Assembly (NCBI GenBank): GCA_944380305.1
Contig: CALWHF010000004.1
Span: 42,844-106,843 of the forward strand
Reading direction: 5' to 3'
DNA length: 64,000 nt
DNA from: an uncultured Christensenellaceae bacterium
GTDB lineage: Bacteria; Bacillota; Clostridia; Christensenellales; UBA3700
Shown here: positions 27,552 through 38,200 of the stretch, piece by piece
Position numbering within the stretch: the stretch's first letter is position 1
How the letters are laid out: every line of letters begins with the position of its first letter
Translations under genes and position numbers: made by a program
Notes under the pieces: model-generated
What the model saw: the letters and a program-made list of their open reading frames with translations, nothing else
Databases searched by the model: none
What the model was told of the DNA's origin: nothing

Positions 27552-27593
27552 TTCGACACGGTCGGAAATTGTTTGCGCGCGTACGGTTATAAT
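27552..27593 (+). promoter_or_regulatory. Candidate Spo0A-dependent spoIIG promoter (0A box plus -10)
   Basis: TTCGACA (27552-27558) is a perfect reverse-complement 0A box (TGTCGAA). TATAAT (27588-27593) has no good -35 at 17 nt. A second near-box, TGTCAAA, lies at 27459-27465. Confidence 0.35.
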
Positions 27594-27601
27594 ATAGAGC
27601 C

Positions 27602-28384
27602 ATGCAAATATACATAGAGTATGTGATCGCGGACAATATGGCGGTCAACCTGCTGCTGATATACGCGACGACCCTCACTCTGAGGCGTAAATTCGCATGT
27701 TTCAGGGCATTTCTCGCGGCGGGCGCGGGAACTGTATTCGCAGTCATCATGCCGCTATACGAGATCAAGGCACTCTTTCTCGCAAAGATCGTTCTTGCGC
27801 TGGCGATGGCACTGATAATGCTGAAACACAAGGACGCGAAAAGCTATGCGAAGTGCCTCTCGATTTTCCTGCTGTATACCTTTCTCGCAGGAGGGATCTG
27901 CGTCGCGATTCTGGGCGCAAACGACGGATTTATCGCATTGAAAGACCCTGACGATTACACTCCCGCGGTAGTCGCCGTCGCCGCGCTTATATGTCTTTTT
28001 ACCGCAAAAAAAGTCGTTGGTTACGTCACTCTGGCGCGAAGGGAACAAAAGTACGTCACAAGCGTAAAAGTGGTCATTGCGGGAGAATGTATAGAATGCA
28101 AGGGCTACCGTGACAGCGGGAACAAACTTTACTACAAAGGCATCGTGCCCGTCGTGGTTTCCGACGCCGATTTCGTCAAGAAGATACACAATATCGACAA
28201 GGCGGAAAAGGTCGAAGGTATAAAGCTGACCACAGTGGCGGGGAGCAAGACGATAAACGGATTTGTCGCCGACGAGCTGACGATCTCGGAAGAGAGCGGC
28301 GAAAAGCGTTTCGACAATGTGATAATAGGCGTGGGAGAGGGCAAATTCAAAGGTTTTTCCTTGCTTCTCAATTGCGATTTATAG
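27602..28384 (+). CDS. spoIIGA: Sigma-E processing peptidase SpoIIGA
   Basis: N-terminal membrane domain (MQIYIEYV...), a C-terminal aspartic-protease-like DSGN motif ([10 protein letters not shown]), and position directly upstream of sigE. Confidence 0.85.
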   Translation: MQIYIEYVIADNMAVNLLLIYATTLTLRRKFACFRAFLAAGAGTVFAVIMPLYEIKALFLAKIVLALAMALIMLKHKDAKSYAKCLSIFLLYTFLAGGICVAILGANDGFIALKDPDDYTPAVVAVAALICLFTAKKVVGYVTLARREQKYVTSVKVVIAGECIECKGYRDSGNKLYYKGIVPVVVSDADFVKKIHNIDKAEKVEGIKLTTVAGSKTINGFVADELTISEESGEKRFDNVIIGVGEGKFKGFSLLLNCDL

Positions 28385-28392
28385 GAGGAAAT

Positions 28393-29103
28393 ATGCTGAA
28401 AAAGATACTCGGCTTTCTGAAAAAGCTGTTTTCGTCGCCTCTTGCCGAGGACGACGGAGTGGACTATCTGAACGGCGGGGAGACTTTGCCCGCGCCTCTC
28501 GCGGCGGACGAAGAGAAAGAACTCGTCGAAAAACTCGCCGCGGGAGACAGGCAGGCGAGAGAAAAGCTGATCGAACACAACCTCAGACTGGTCGTGTACA
28601 TTGCAAAAAAATTCGACTCGTCGAACGTGGACATCGACGATCTGATAAGCGTCGGCACGATAGGGCTGATCAAGGCTGTCAATTCTTTCGACGGCGCGAA
28701 ACAGATAAAACTGGCTACTTACGCCAGCAGATGTATCGAAAACGAGATTTTGATGCACCTGAGAAAAGTCGTCCGCACAAAGAGCGAGATGTCTCTCGAC
28801 GAGCCGCTCAACGTGGACTGGGAGGGGAACGTCCTTCTTCTGTCTGACGTACTGGGCACAGACAGCGACGTTACCTGCAAGGACGTGGAAACAGACGAAG
28901 AAAAGGATATACTCATAAAGACGTTCAAGAGACTGCCGCCGCGCGAAAGACAGATCGTCAGGCTACGTTTCGGTTTGCTCGGCGCGCAGAAAAAGACGCA
29001 GAAAGAGATAGCGGATTTGATGGGAATATCCCAGTCGTACATATCGCGTCTCGAAAAAAAGGTTATGAAAAAGCTGAAAAAAGAACTGACGAAAAGCGTA
29101 TAA
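28393..29103 (+). CDS. sigE: Sporulation sigma factor E (pro-sigma-E)
   Basis: Pro-sequence followed by [43 protein letters not shown] and [13 protein letters not shown] all closely track the B. subtilis SigE sequence as I remember it. Confidence 0.92.
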   Translation: MLKKILGFLKKLFSSPLAEDDGVDYLNGGETLPAPLAADEEKELVEKLAAGDRQAREKLIEHNLRLVVYIAKKFDSSNVDIDDLISVGTIGLIKAVNSFDGAKQIKLATYASRCIENEILMHLRKVVRTKSEMSLDEPLNVDWEGNVLLLSDVLGTDSDVTCKDVETDEEKDILIKTFKRLPPRERQIVRLRFGLLGAQKKTQKEIADLMGISQSYISRLEKKVMKKLKKELTKSV

Positions 29104-29170
29104 AGCCGTCGATAAAGTAAAGAATAACTACGGGAAGGTGCACTGTATCGCGTTACATACGGAGGTGAAT

Positions 29171-29938
29171 ATGGTGCACAAAGTGGTTATATGCGGCGTG
29201 GATACCAACACGCTGCCGAAACTCAGCAAAGAACAATCCCAGAAATTGATGGAGCGCGCGAAAAGCGGCGACAAAAACGCGAGAGACGAACTTGTCGAAG
29301 CTAATATACGACTGGTACTGTCCGTCGTGCAGAGGTTCAACAACAAAGGCAACAGCGACGACCTGTTTCAGGTCGGCATCGTGGGACTTCTCAAGGCGAT
29401 AGACAATTTCGACGACAGATTCAACGTGCGGTTTTCGACCTATGCCGTGCCTATGATAATAGGCGAGATCAGACGTTTTCTCAAGGACGGAACAGGTATA
29501 AAGGTCAGCAGAAGCATGCGCGATACGGCGTACAAAGTGCTCAGGGCAAAAGAGGAAATAGAGAAGAAAAGGCAGATCACGCCTACCGCGGTCGAGATCG
29601 CGGAGGAGATAGACATGCCGATAAAAGAAGTCGTCTGCGCGCTCGACGCTGTCAGCGAACCCGTATACCTTCAGGAGCCGGTCTTCAACGACGGCGAAGA
29701 GGGAATGGTTCTCGAAGAACAGATCGGCGACAGCAAGAATACAGAGGAGAGATGGACGGATAAGATATGCATATCCGACGCTATCGCGGATCTTCCCGAA
29801 AAGGAGAGAAAAGTGCTTGTTCTGAGGTATTATTACGGCAAGACGCAGACAGAGATCTCGAAACAGATCAATATCTCTCAGGCACAGGTCAGCAGGCTGG
29901 AGAAAAACGCGCTTGCAAAGATGAAAGCGTACTTTTAA
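29171..29938 (+). CDS. sigG: Sporulation sigma factor G
   Basis: ICGVDTNTLPKL, NIRLVLSVVQRFNN, FSTYAVPMIIGEIRRFLKD and ISQAQVSRLEK closely track B. subtilis SigG. Confidence 0.92.
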   Translation: MVHKVVICGVDTNTLPKLSKEQSQKLMERAKSGDKNARDELVEANIRLVLSVVQRFNNKGNSDDLFQVGIVGLLKAIDNFDDRFNVRFSTYAVPMIIGEIRRFLKDGTGIKVSRSMRDTAYKVLRAKEEIEKKRQITPTAVEIAEEIDMPIKEVVCALDAVSEPVYLQEPVFNDGEEGMVLEEQIGDSKNTEERWTDKICISDAIADLPEKERKVLVLRYYYGKTQTEISKQINISQAQVSRLEKNALAKMKAYF

Positions 29939-30007
29939 GTTTTCGCGGTTTTGCGAAATTTGTCATAATTTGGCGACGCCTCCCGTACATTATCGGGAGG
30001 TGTTGTT

Positions 30008-30283
30008 ATGTTGAACGATCTTACTTTTTGCGAACTCAAAGAAAAAGAAGTGGTCAATGTGATTGACGGCAGAAGACTGGGGAGACTTCTCGACATCGCT
30101 TTTACCCCGGGCGGAAAGATAACGGGGCTGATAGTGCCGGGGGAAAAGAAGTTTTTGAAAAACATTACCTGCTCGGACAGCATTTTCGTGCCGTGGAGAT
30201 GTATCGTCAGGATCGGCGAAGACGCGATCCTTGTCGAACTTTCGGACAACGTGCCGCCGCCGCCCGCGAAATGCGATTGCTGA
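30008..30283 (+). CDS. ylmC: YlmC/YmxH-family sporulation protein (PRC-barrel)
   Basis: 91 aa. FCELKEKEVVNVIDGRRLG....D..F....GKI.GLIVPG is the family pattern. Lies downstream of sigG, as in Bacillus. Confidence 0.8.
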   Translation: MLNDLTFCELKEKEVVNVIDGRRLGRLLDIAFTPGGKITGLIVPGEKKFLKNITCSDSIFVPWRCIVRIGEDAILVELSDNVPPPPAKCDC

Positions 30284-30347
30284 ACGTCTCGAGAGCGATC
30301 GGACCCCGACGTGTCAGAGGGCAGAACGTTCTGTTTAGCGTACATGC

Positions 30348-30376
30348 TGGACAACCGCCGCAATATGTTGTATAAT
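30348..30376 (+). promoter_or_regulatory. Sigma-A-like promoter upstream of nrdR
   Basis: TGGACA (30348-30353), 17-nt spacer, TATAAT (30371-30376). Confidence 0.45.
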
Positions 30377-30477
30377 TAATTAAATCGGAGCGGTCGTCGC
30401 GTCGACTCTGGCAACAAACAGAGGAGCCGAGATTTGCGACGATATGTCGTTCCGACCGAACAGCGGAGGTTTTGGTT

Positions 30478-30966
30478 ATGAAATGCGTATATTGCGGCTG
30501 CATGGACAGCAAGGTCATAGACAGCAGACTCAACGAGGACGGCACGTCGATAAGGCGCAGGAGAGAATGCGTCGCATGCGGCAAGCGTTTTACGACGTAC
30601 GAGACGATAGAGACCACGCCTATCATGGTCATCAAGAAGTCGGGTTGCAGGCAGATTTTCTCACCCGCGAAACTCAAGAACGGCATAATCAAAGCGTGCG
30701 ACAAACGTCCCGTCAGCATGCAGCAGATAGACAAGCTGGTCTCAGACATCGAGAAAAAACTCGCCAACGGACTGGAGCAGGAAGTCACGTCCGACTACAT
30801 CGGCGATCTCGTGATGGACGGGCTTAAGGAGATAGACGACGTCGCATACGTCAGATTCGCCGCCGTGCACAGGCAGTTCAAGGACATCAATTCCTGGCTC
30901 GGGGAGATCAACGAGATCCTGAAGAGCAAAAACGGGAAGTCCGACTGCAAAGACGACAAGAAATGA
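30478..30966 (+). CDS. nrdR: Transcriptional repressor NrdR
   Basis: MKCVYCG...SKVIDSR...RRRRECVACGKRFTTYE zinc ribbon followed by an ATP-cone. GGAGGT Shine-Dalgarno at 30465-30470. Confidence 0.92.
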   Translation: MKCVYCGCMDSKVIDSRLNEDGTSIRRRRECVACGKRFTTYETIETTPIMVIKKSGCRQIFSPAKLKNGIIKACDKRPVSMQQIDKLVSDIEKKLANGLEQEVTSDYIGDLVMDGLKEIDDVAYVRFAAVHRQFKDINSWLGEINEILKSKNGKSDCKDDKK

Positions 30967-31031
30967 GATAAGACATCACGTTGCGGTCCGCTTGCTTTTG
31001 CAGGCGGATCTTCTTTTTTCGACAAAAAAGT

Positions 31032-31058
31032 ATAAACGTCGCTCGGCGGGCATAGATT
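31032..31058 (+). promoter_or_regulatory. Possible sigma-E-type promoter upstream of sigK
   Basis: ATA (31032-31034), 16-nt spacer, CATAGATT (31051-31058). The remembered consensus is ATA-N16-18-CATACAnT. It lies very close to the Shine-Dalgarno, so the call is tentative. Confidence 0.25.
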
Positions 31059-31075
31059 TATTCGGAGGTGGATCT

Positions 31076-31777
31076 ATGTTACTCAGCGGCATTTTCGCAT
31101 TGCTTTCGAACCTGCTGTTTTTCAGCGGATACGTCAAGAACAAAAACTGTTTTCCGAGGCCGCTTTCGCCCGAAAAGGAAAAAGAACTGCTCGACAGGAT
31201 CGCGCAAGGAGACAAACAGGCTAAGGACGACCTTATCCGTCACAATATGAGACTCGTGGTACATATAGTCAAGAAATATACGAGTTACGGCGACAACGAC
31301 GAGCTTATCAGCGTCGGATCGATAGGTCTCATCAAAGCGGTCAATTCTTTTCACGAAGGTAAAGGAACGCAGTTTGCCACATACGCGAGCAGGTGTATAG
31401 AAAACGAGATACTGATGGTGATCCGCGCCAACAAGAAATATAAAAACACGAAGTCACTTTACGAGCCCGTGAGTTTCGACAAGGACGGCAACGAGGTCGC
31501 GCTTATCGATCTTATCGGGCAGGAAGAGGAAAGCGTGATAAGCAAAGTTGAGAGCAGGATCGTCCAGGAAAAACTGCTTGACGCCGCAAAAAAGGTGCTC
31601 GACGACAGAGAGTACGAGATAATAATGCTGAGATACGGGATAAACGAGGACAAGGCGTATACTCAGAACGAGGTCGCTGAAAAATACGACATATCGCGTT
31701 CGTACGTTTCGAGGATAGAGAAAAAAGCGTTGTTCAAGATGAGAAAATATATCGAAGATCACGGCATGAGGTTCTGA
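31076..31777 (+). CDS. sigK: Sporulation sigma factor K (pro-sigma-K), uninterrupted
   Basis: Hydrophobic pro-sequence ending in GYVKNKNCFPRPLS (B. subtilis SYVKNNAFPQPLS). [27 protein letters not shown] and ISRSYVSRIEKKAL are present. No intervening element. Confidence 0.9.
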   Translation: MLLSGIFALLSNLLFFSGYVKNKNCFPRPLSPEKEKELLDRIAQGDKQAKDDLIRHNMRLVVHIVKKYTSYGDNDELISVGSIGLIKAVNSFHEGKGTQFATYASRCIENEILMVIRANKKYKNTKSLYEPVSFDKDGNEVALIDLIGQEEESVISKVESRIVQEKLLDAAKKVLDDREYEIIMLRYGINEDKAYTQNEVAEKYDISRSYVSRIEKKALFKMRKYIEDHGMRF

Positions 31778-31814
31778 ACGCTTGCGTTTTACACCGTCCG
31801 GTGCTATCATACCG

Positions 31815-32137
31815 TTGAGACAGTCGGATAAACGCAGCCCGCAAGGGGTGAGGAAAGTCCGGGCATCGCAAGGCAGGGTGCCGGCTAACTACCGGTGAAG
31901 GCGACTTCAAGGAAAGTGCAACAGAAATAAACCGCCCGCAAGGGTAAGGATGGAAAGGCGAGGTAAGAGCTCACCGCTCGCTCGGCGACGAGGGAGGCAC
32001 TGTAAACCCCACCCGATGCAAGAGAAAACGACGGTATGCGGTCGCCTGCCGCGTCGGAAAATCGCTTGAGGCGCGCGGCAACGCGCGTCCTAGACAGATG
32101 TTTATCCTCGACAGAACTCGGCTTACAGACTGTCTCG
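31815..32137 (+). ncRNA. rnpB: RNase P RNA (bacterial)
   Basis: Universal P4 strands GAGGAAAGUCCGGGC (near 31849) and ACAGAACUCGGCUUACAG (near 32111). P1 pairing of GAGACAGUC (31817-31825) with GACUGUCUC (32128-32136). Internal GGUGCCGGCUAAC, GUGCAACAGAAA and GUAAACCCCACC elements. Ends are approximate. Confidence 0.85.
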
Positions 32138-32162
32138 CCCCTCAAAGGGGTCTTTTTTTTTG
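32138..32162 (+). terminator. Terminator after rnpB
   Basis: Short CCCC pairs with GGGG around a TCAAA loop, followed by T9-10. Confidence 0.5.
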
Positions 32163-32251
32163 CTTTCAGCGTGCTTTACCCGCCTTTACGGGACAGGATC
32201 GAGTTATAAATCCGTGCCGCTCGGGGCATAATCGCTCGTAGAGGTGCAGTC

Positions 32252-35200
32252 ATGTTTATTTACATTATCACCGCGCTCTGCGTACTTGCCGTGGTATGTC
32301 TCGGCGCGATAGTAGCGCAGTACGCGCGCAAGTTCGATTATGCCGGATACGTCGTCGGCGGAGACAAGACGACGAATATCAAGCAGCTCGCGATCGCTCT
32401 CAAAGACGTCGAAAAGGTCGGCTCGGTGCCCAACGTCGCCGCAATTCTCGGCAAGATACGCAAAGCGTATGCCGTCGTCAGACAAAAGGCGGAGAGAAAA
32501 GAGACTTTGCTCGAGTGCGAAAAATGGCTGCTCGAAAATTACCGCTCGGTCACCGCAGGGATAAAGAGGTCGGATTACACCGCGTTTGCCGCATTGCCGC
32601 ACAAGGGAGAGGCGAGGATACTGCACGTCGCGACGACGATCGCGGCGCAGAATTATTGCAGACTGGACGCAGATACCGTCGCGGGCGCGGTACACGAATT
32701 CTGCCGATACACACCGCTTTCGTATGACGAATTGAACGCTCTCGGAAAAGCGTTCGAAATCGCGCTTCTGCGGAAAATAGCTTTCGTCGCCGACAAGATC
32801 AGACTTCTCGGCAGAATGAAACGCCGTGCCGAAGAGGATAGGGAACCTGATGCGAAACTGGGCAAAAAAGAGGGATACCTCTATTATTACAGGGCGAGCG
32901 GCAAGAAGATCCCCGAAAAATATCTCGGCAAAACCGCGTCCGTCAACGCCGAAAACATAGAATTCGCTTTTGCAGGCGCAGCCTCGGATTATGCGAGACT
33001 GATAGCAAACGCGGTAACGTCGCTTAAAGGTCTGAGAGACTTTTTCACCCCTGCATTCAAAATATCGCTGTCAACTATAAACTCGTATTACGAAAGGGAT
33101 AAGTCGTACAGAGACAGCGATCCCGCGTCCAAAGAGCAGTACCTCGCGGCAACGGCAAAGCTCGCTGCCTACTTTTCGTCGGGAGAATATGCGGTCGCGA
33201 AAGGCGCGTTCGATCTTGCTGCGCGTTTCGACAAGCATTTCGGAGAGATAATTTTCGATCACAGATACGCGCTTGCGTCACATGTCAGAGGCAAGTACGT
33301 TGCCGCTCTCAAAAGGACTTCGTATAAGGCGGACAAGTGGGCATATTATGTCTCGGTTTTTCTGTTGCAGACCGTGTTTTCATTCGTATCGTGCGTGTTT
33401 TTGCCGATATTGTGGCTCAGGATCGCAGTGTTCTTCCTGACTTTTGTCGCGTGCTATCCGCCGTGCGCGTATATCGCCGAAAGATCGCTTTCGTTTGTGC
33501 TGCCAAAAAGACCTGTACCCAGAATGAATTACGATAAACTGCCTTTAGAAGGCGCGACGGCTGTCGTCGTGCCGATCTTCGTCACGTCTGAAAAGCAGGC
33601 AAGGAACGCCGTCGAAAACGTGCTCGCTATGCAGGCGGTGAACAGCGACGAAAACCTGACGTATTATCTTCTATGCGACCTGAAAGAGAGCGATTGCGAA
33701 AAAGACGTTTCCGATGACGGGATACTTTCGGCTATGGCGGAATTTTCGGGAAGAAAAAACTTCGTCGTGCTTGTCAGAAAGAGAGTTAAAACAGGCGAAA
33801 GGTACGGCGCGTACGAAAGAAAACGCGGAGCCGTGCGGGATTTCAACGAATACATGCTTACGGGCGACGATTCGAAATTCAGTTTCGTCTCTCGGAAAAG
33901 CGACGCGAAACCTAAGTTTGCTATGGTTCTCGACGATGACAGCCGATTGTCGGCAGGCGAAGTACTGACCGCCGTAAATACCGCGCTGCATCCGCTCAAC
34001 GCAAAATACGACGTGCTCGCTTTTTCGTCCGTTTATTCGCTAAAATCGCTGAAAACGCCTTATTCGAAAAAATACGTCGATTACTCCGGAATGCAATCGT
34101 ATTGCCATTATGACGACTTTTTTTACGACCTTTGCGCGCGATCGGTTTTTTGCGGGAAGGGAATATACCGCATTGAGGAATTTCATAAAAAGACTTCCGC
34201 GGCGGTTCCGGACGGCAAGGTGCTGAGTCACGACGTGCTCGAAGGCGCGCTTGCCGATACAGGTTCTCTCGACCTTGCAGTATCGGAAGACGCTCCCGAT
34301 TCGTTCGTCAGCGACGTTACCAGATCGAGAAGGTGGACGAGGGGAGACCTGCTTCTTTTGCCGTTTGCAGGCAAAAAGTACCGTTCGGACGGGATTTACG
34401 CATATATCGTGCTGAAAAACGTCTTTGCAATATTCGCGCCCGTATGTGCTCTCGTTTTATGGATTTTTACGTTAATTTTCGGCTATCCGTTGATGGGACT
34501 TGCCGTGTTTTTCGCAAGTTTTTCCATGCCCGCCGCGTCGCTCGCGGTTTCGGCGGTCAGCGCGAGAAACGTGAAGGCGTCGCGTAGTTTTTCAAAGATA
34601 TTTTCCACGGTGTCAAGAGCGGTCGCGGACGTATTGCTTTTGCCGTTTTACGCTGTCGACAACCTGCTCACCGCGGCTGGAACTTTTGTCGATTACGTTT
34701 TCAATTCGCGCGCGCTTCTGAGATGGAGACCGTTTTCGTCCACGCTAGGGCAGAAAGATTTTTACAGACACGCAGCGGCGGTCGCGCCGTCTTGCATATT
34801 CGCGGCTTTCGTTGCCGCGGCGTTTTATTTCAGCATACCGCTCGCGACGTATTTTCTCGCGTATATAGTCGCGGTCAATCTGCTGTATTTTGCGGGTAAA
34901 CAGTACAAAAAACGCCTTTTGCGCGAAGAAGAACGCAGAATTCTCACCGAATACGCGAAAGCTACTTACGGGTATTTCGCCGCATTCGATTATGAGTCGC
35001 TTCCTTGCGACAACGTACAGTACTATCCGCCAAACGGTTCCAGCGCAACGACCTCGCCTACCAATATCGGGTATTCTTTGCTCGCCGAGATATGCGCCTC
35101 AAAGCTGGGTTTCGAGACGCCGCTGAGAGCCCGTGCGAGGGTAGTTTCATTGCTGGACAAGGTTGATTCTCTGGACAAATGGAAAGGACATCTTTACAAC

Positions 35201-38200
35201 TGGTATGACGTAAACACGTCAAAACCCGTCGCGCCGCTTTTCGTGTCTTCGGCAGACAGCGGGAATTTAGTCGCCGCGCTTACAGTAACGCGAAGTTTTC
35301 TTGCCGAAAACGGCGACAAGTTCAATGCGTACAGGTGTAAAAAACTTATAGACGAAACGGATTTTTCCGCGCTGACAGACAGAGACAAAAACCAATTGTA
35401 TATCGGTTACGACGTCGGGAGCGGAAAATATTGCGGGCATTACGACATGATGGCGAGCGAGGCGAGACTTACCGTATACGGCGTATGTTGCAGATCGGGA
35501 GACCAATCGCTTTGGCGCGGACTTTCGCGTCGAATCGTAAATTCGCACGGCAACGTACTCGCGTCATGGTCGGGCACGGCGTTCGAGTATCTGATGCCGC
35601 AGCTCTTTTTGCCCGATTTCGAAGGGTCTCTTATAACTTCGAGCGTCAGAAGAGCGGTAAAAACGTATATTTCGAGAAAATGCAATTCGCTTTGGGGTGT
35701 CAGCGAAAGCGGATATTACGCTTTCGACGCAAACGCGAATTATCAGTACAAAGCGCACGGTCTCAGCGAACTTGCGCTGAGAAACGAGGACGACAGATGC
35801 GTTATCGCGCCATACGCAAGCGCGATGGCTGTGAAATATGCGCCGAAGAAGGTAGCGGACAACCTCGGCAAGCTTTCGCAATGCGGGGGCGCGTGCGAAT
35901 TCGGGTTTTACGAGGCGATTGATTTTTCATCGGGCAAAAACACTGTCGCTTCGTGCATGACTCACCATCAGGGAATGATACTTTGCGCGCTGACTAACGC
36001 ACTCGTCGACGACGCTATCGTCGGATATTTTATGCGGGACGATGCGATGCGAGGCGGGGAGCTTCTGCTTGCCGAGCCCGAAGATTATACGAAGGCGGCA
36101 AGGGAAAGAAAGCGGGATTTCGTTTACGACGACAGGAAGAAATCGTACGGCGAGGAGATCCCGTTGGGAGAATTTCCAGAGGTCTGTCTGCTGCACGGCA
36201 AGGAGTACAGCGTCGTCATAGACGATTACGGGTGCGGATACTCGCGCTGGCGGGACAGAGACGTCAACGTGTTTTCGCACGATTTTTACAAAAACAGCGG
36301 AGGATTCGGATATTTCGTCAGCGACGGCGAGATATTTTCGCCCACTTTCGCGCCGCTGAAAAAAGACGGCGGATCGTATAAAGCGCGCTTTTCGGACGAT
36401 AGTGCCGAATTTCAGAACGTAGGATCGAATTGCAGACTCAAAGTATACGCGCCTGCAGTAATAAGCGGCGAAGTGCGGGAATATACGGTTGAAAACAAGA
36501 GCGATTCGATGAAAAAATATGTTTTCGTCTTTGCCGAAAGGGCGGCTTTGAGCCGCAGGGACGAATACGCGGCTCACCCCGCTTTCTGCGACCTTTTCGT
36601 AAAAGCGGAATTCGATGCCGAAAAAAACACGGTATATCTAAAAAGAAAACCGAGAGAAAGCACGGGCGGGTTTACGCTTGCGGCGACGATGCTGTGTTCG
36701 AACGAAGTTTTCGCCGAATGCAACAGACTCAATCTGTATGGCAGGAACAGAGACGAGAGCAATCCCGCACTCGATTTCGGAGGCGACGCACCTTCTACGG
36801 GAGACGTTCTGTTTCCGGCTGTCGGATTGAAGTGCGAGTTCACACTCGCGCCGGGGCAGAGCGAGACGGTCGCCGTCGTGATACAGTGTTCGGATGACGA
36901 GGACGCTTTGAGATACAGAGTGGAACGGGTGCTCGGCACCGACTTTCTCGATTACGCCTGCAAGTCGGCATCTGGCGCGGAAAGCGTGATGTCAAAATAC
37001 CTGCCCGATCTTAAAACTGCACGCTATGCAGGGAAACTTGCCGCCAAACTGCTTTACGAACCGTATCCCTTATCCGCGCTAAAAGCGAGAGAGGCGGGGG
37101 CGTCGCAACTCGTTTTCAAAGAGAAAACTCTCGTTCTGAGATATGACGGCAATGCGGCTTTCACGAAAAAAGCGGTGCTGTCCGCGCTTGCTTGCCGACT
37201 TGCGGGAATAGACCTCAGACTGTTTATCGAATACGACGGAAACAAAACCGACGCGCTCGACGAGATCGCGGAAAGGTGCGGGGTAAAGGATATTGCGAGC
37301 CTGCCGTTCGTCACGGTATTCGACGTGAACGCGTATAAGCCGAGAGACGTAAAGAATTTCGAATCCACGGCTTTTTTCGTGATGAAAGAGCTCGAAGGAA
37401 ATATGTCAAAAGGCACGACTATCTCTGTCAGGAGAAGAAACGACGCGGCGTCGTTCGTGCAATGCGAATTGCCCGAAATATATCCTAGCGGAAACGGCGG
37501 CTTTGCAGACGGAGATTATGTCGTCACATCAGTGCCGTCCGCGCCTTATTCCAACGTGGCGTCGGGGAGAAACGGCGGTTTCGTCGCGACCGAGAACGGC
37601 GGCGGATATGCCTATTTTCTCAATAGCAGGGAGAATAAGCTGTCGGGTTGGAGCAACGATCCCGTCGCGGATCCGCCGTTCGACAGAGTGCTGGTTTCAG
37701 ACGGCGACGGAGTGATCAGGATAAACAGGCTCAACGAAGGAGGTTACGTCAGACACGGCGAAGGTCGCTCAGTATACAAGTGCAGAACGTGGCGCGCGGA
37801 TTACGATCTGAAGAAAAGCGTGCTTGCCGACGGTAGGATCATCGCTACGACGGTCAGGATAGAAAATCACGATGACAATGAGCTGTCGCTATCGGTGATA
37901 TATCTTGTCGATCCTTGTGCGGACGTCTGCGAAAACAGAGCCGATGTCTATTGCGAAAAGCACGGAAAGGACTCCGTCAGGATCGTCAACGTCAGGACGG
38001 GCAGGTCGTATTATCTGTATGCCGAAAACGCGTACGAGCTTATCACGGACAAGATACAGGCGGTCTCGAGGGGGGTAAACGGATATAATCCCAAGCGCGG
38101 AGAAAGCGCGTTCAACAATCCGCTCGCAGGTGCGGAGGTCAGGATAAGGCTGAAGAAACACGAGTCGGCGACGGTCGAATTCGCGTTGTGTGACGAGAAA

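Noticed and set aside
31076-31777. A skin-like intervening element or split sigK.
   Set aside because: The ORF is continuous from the pro-sequence through region 4.2, and its length (233 aa) is about that of mature-plus-pro SigK.
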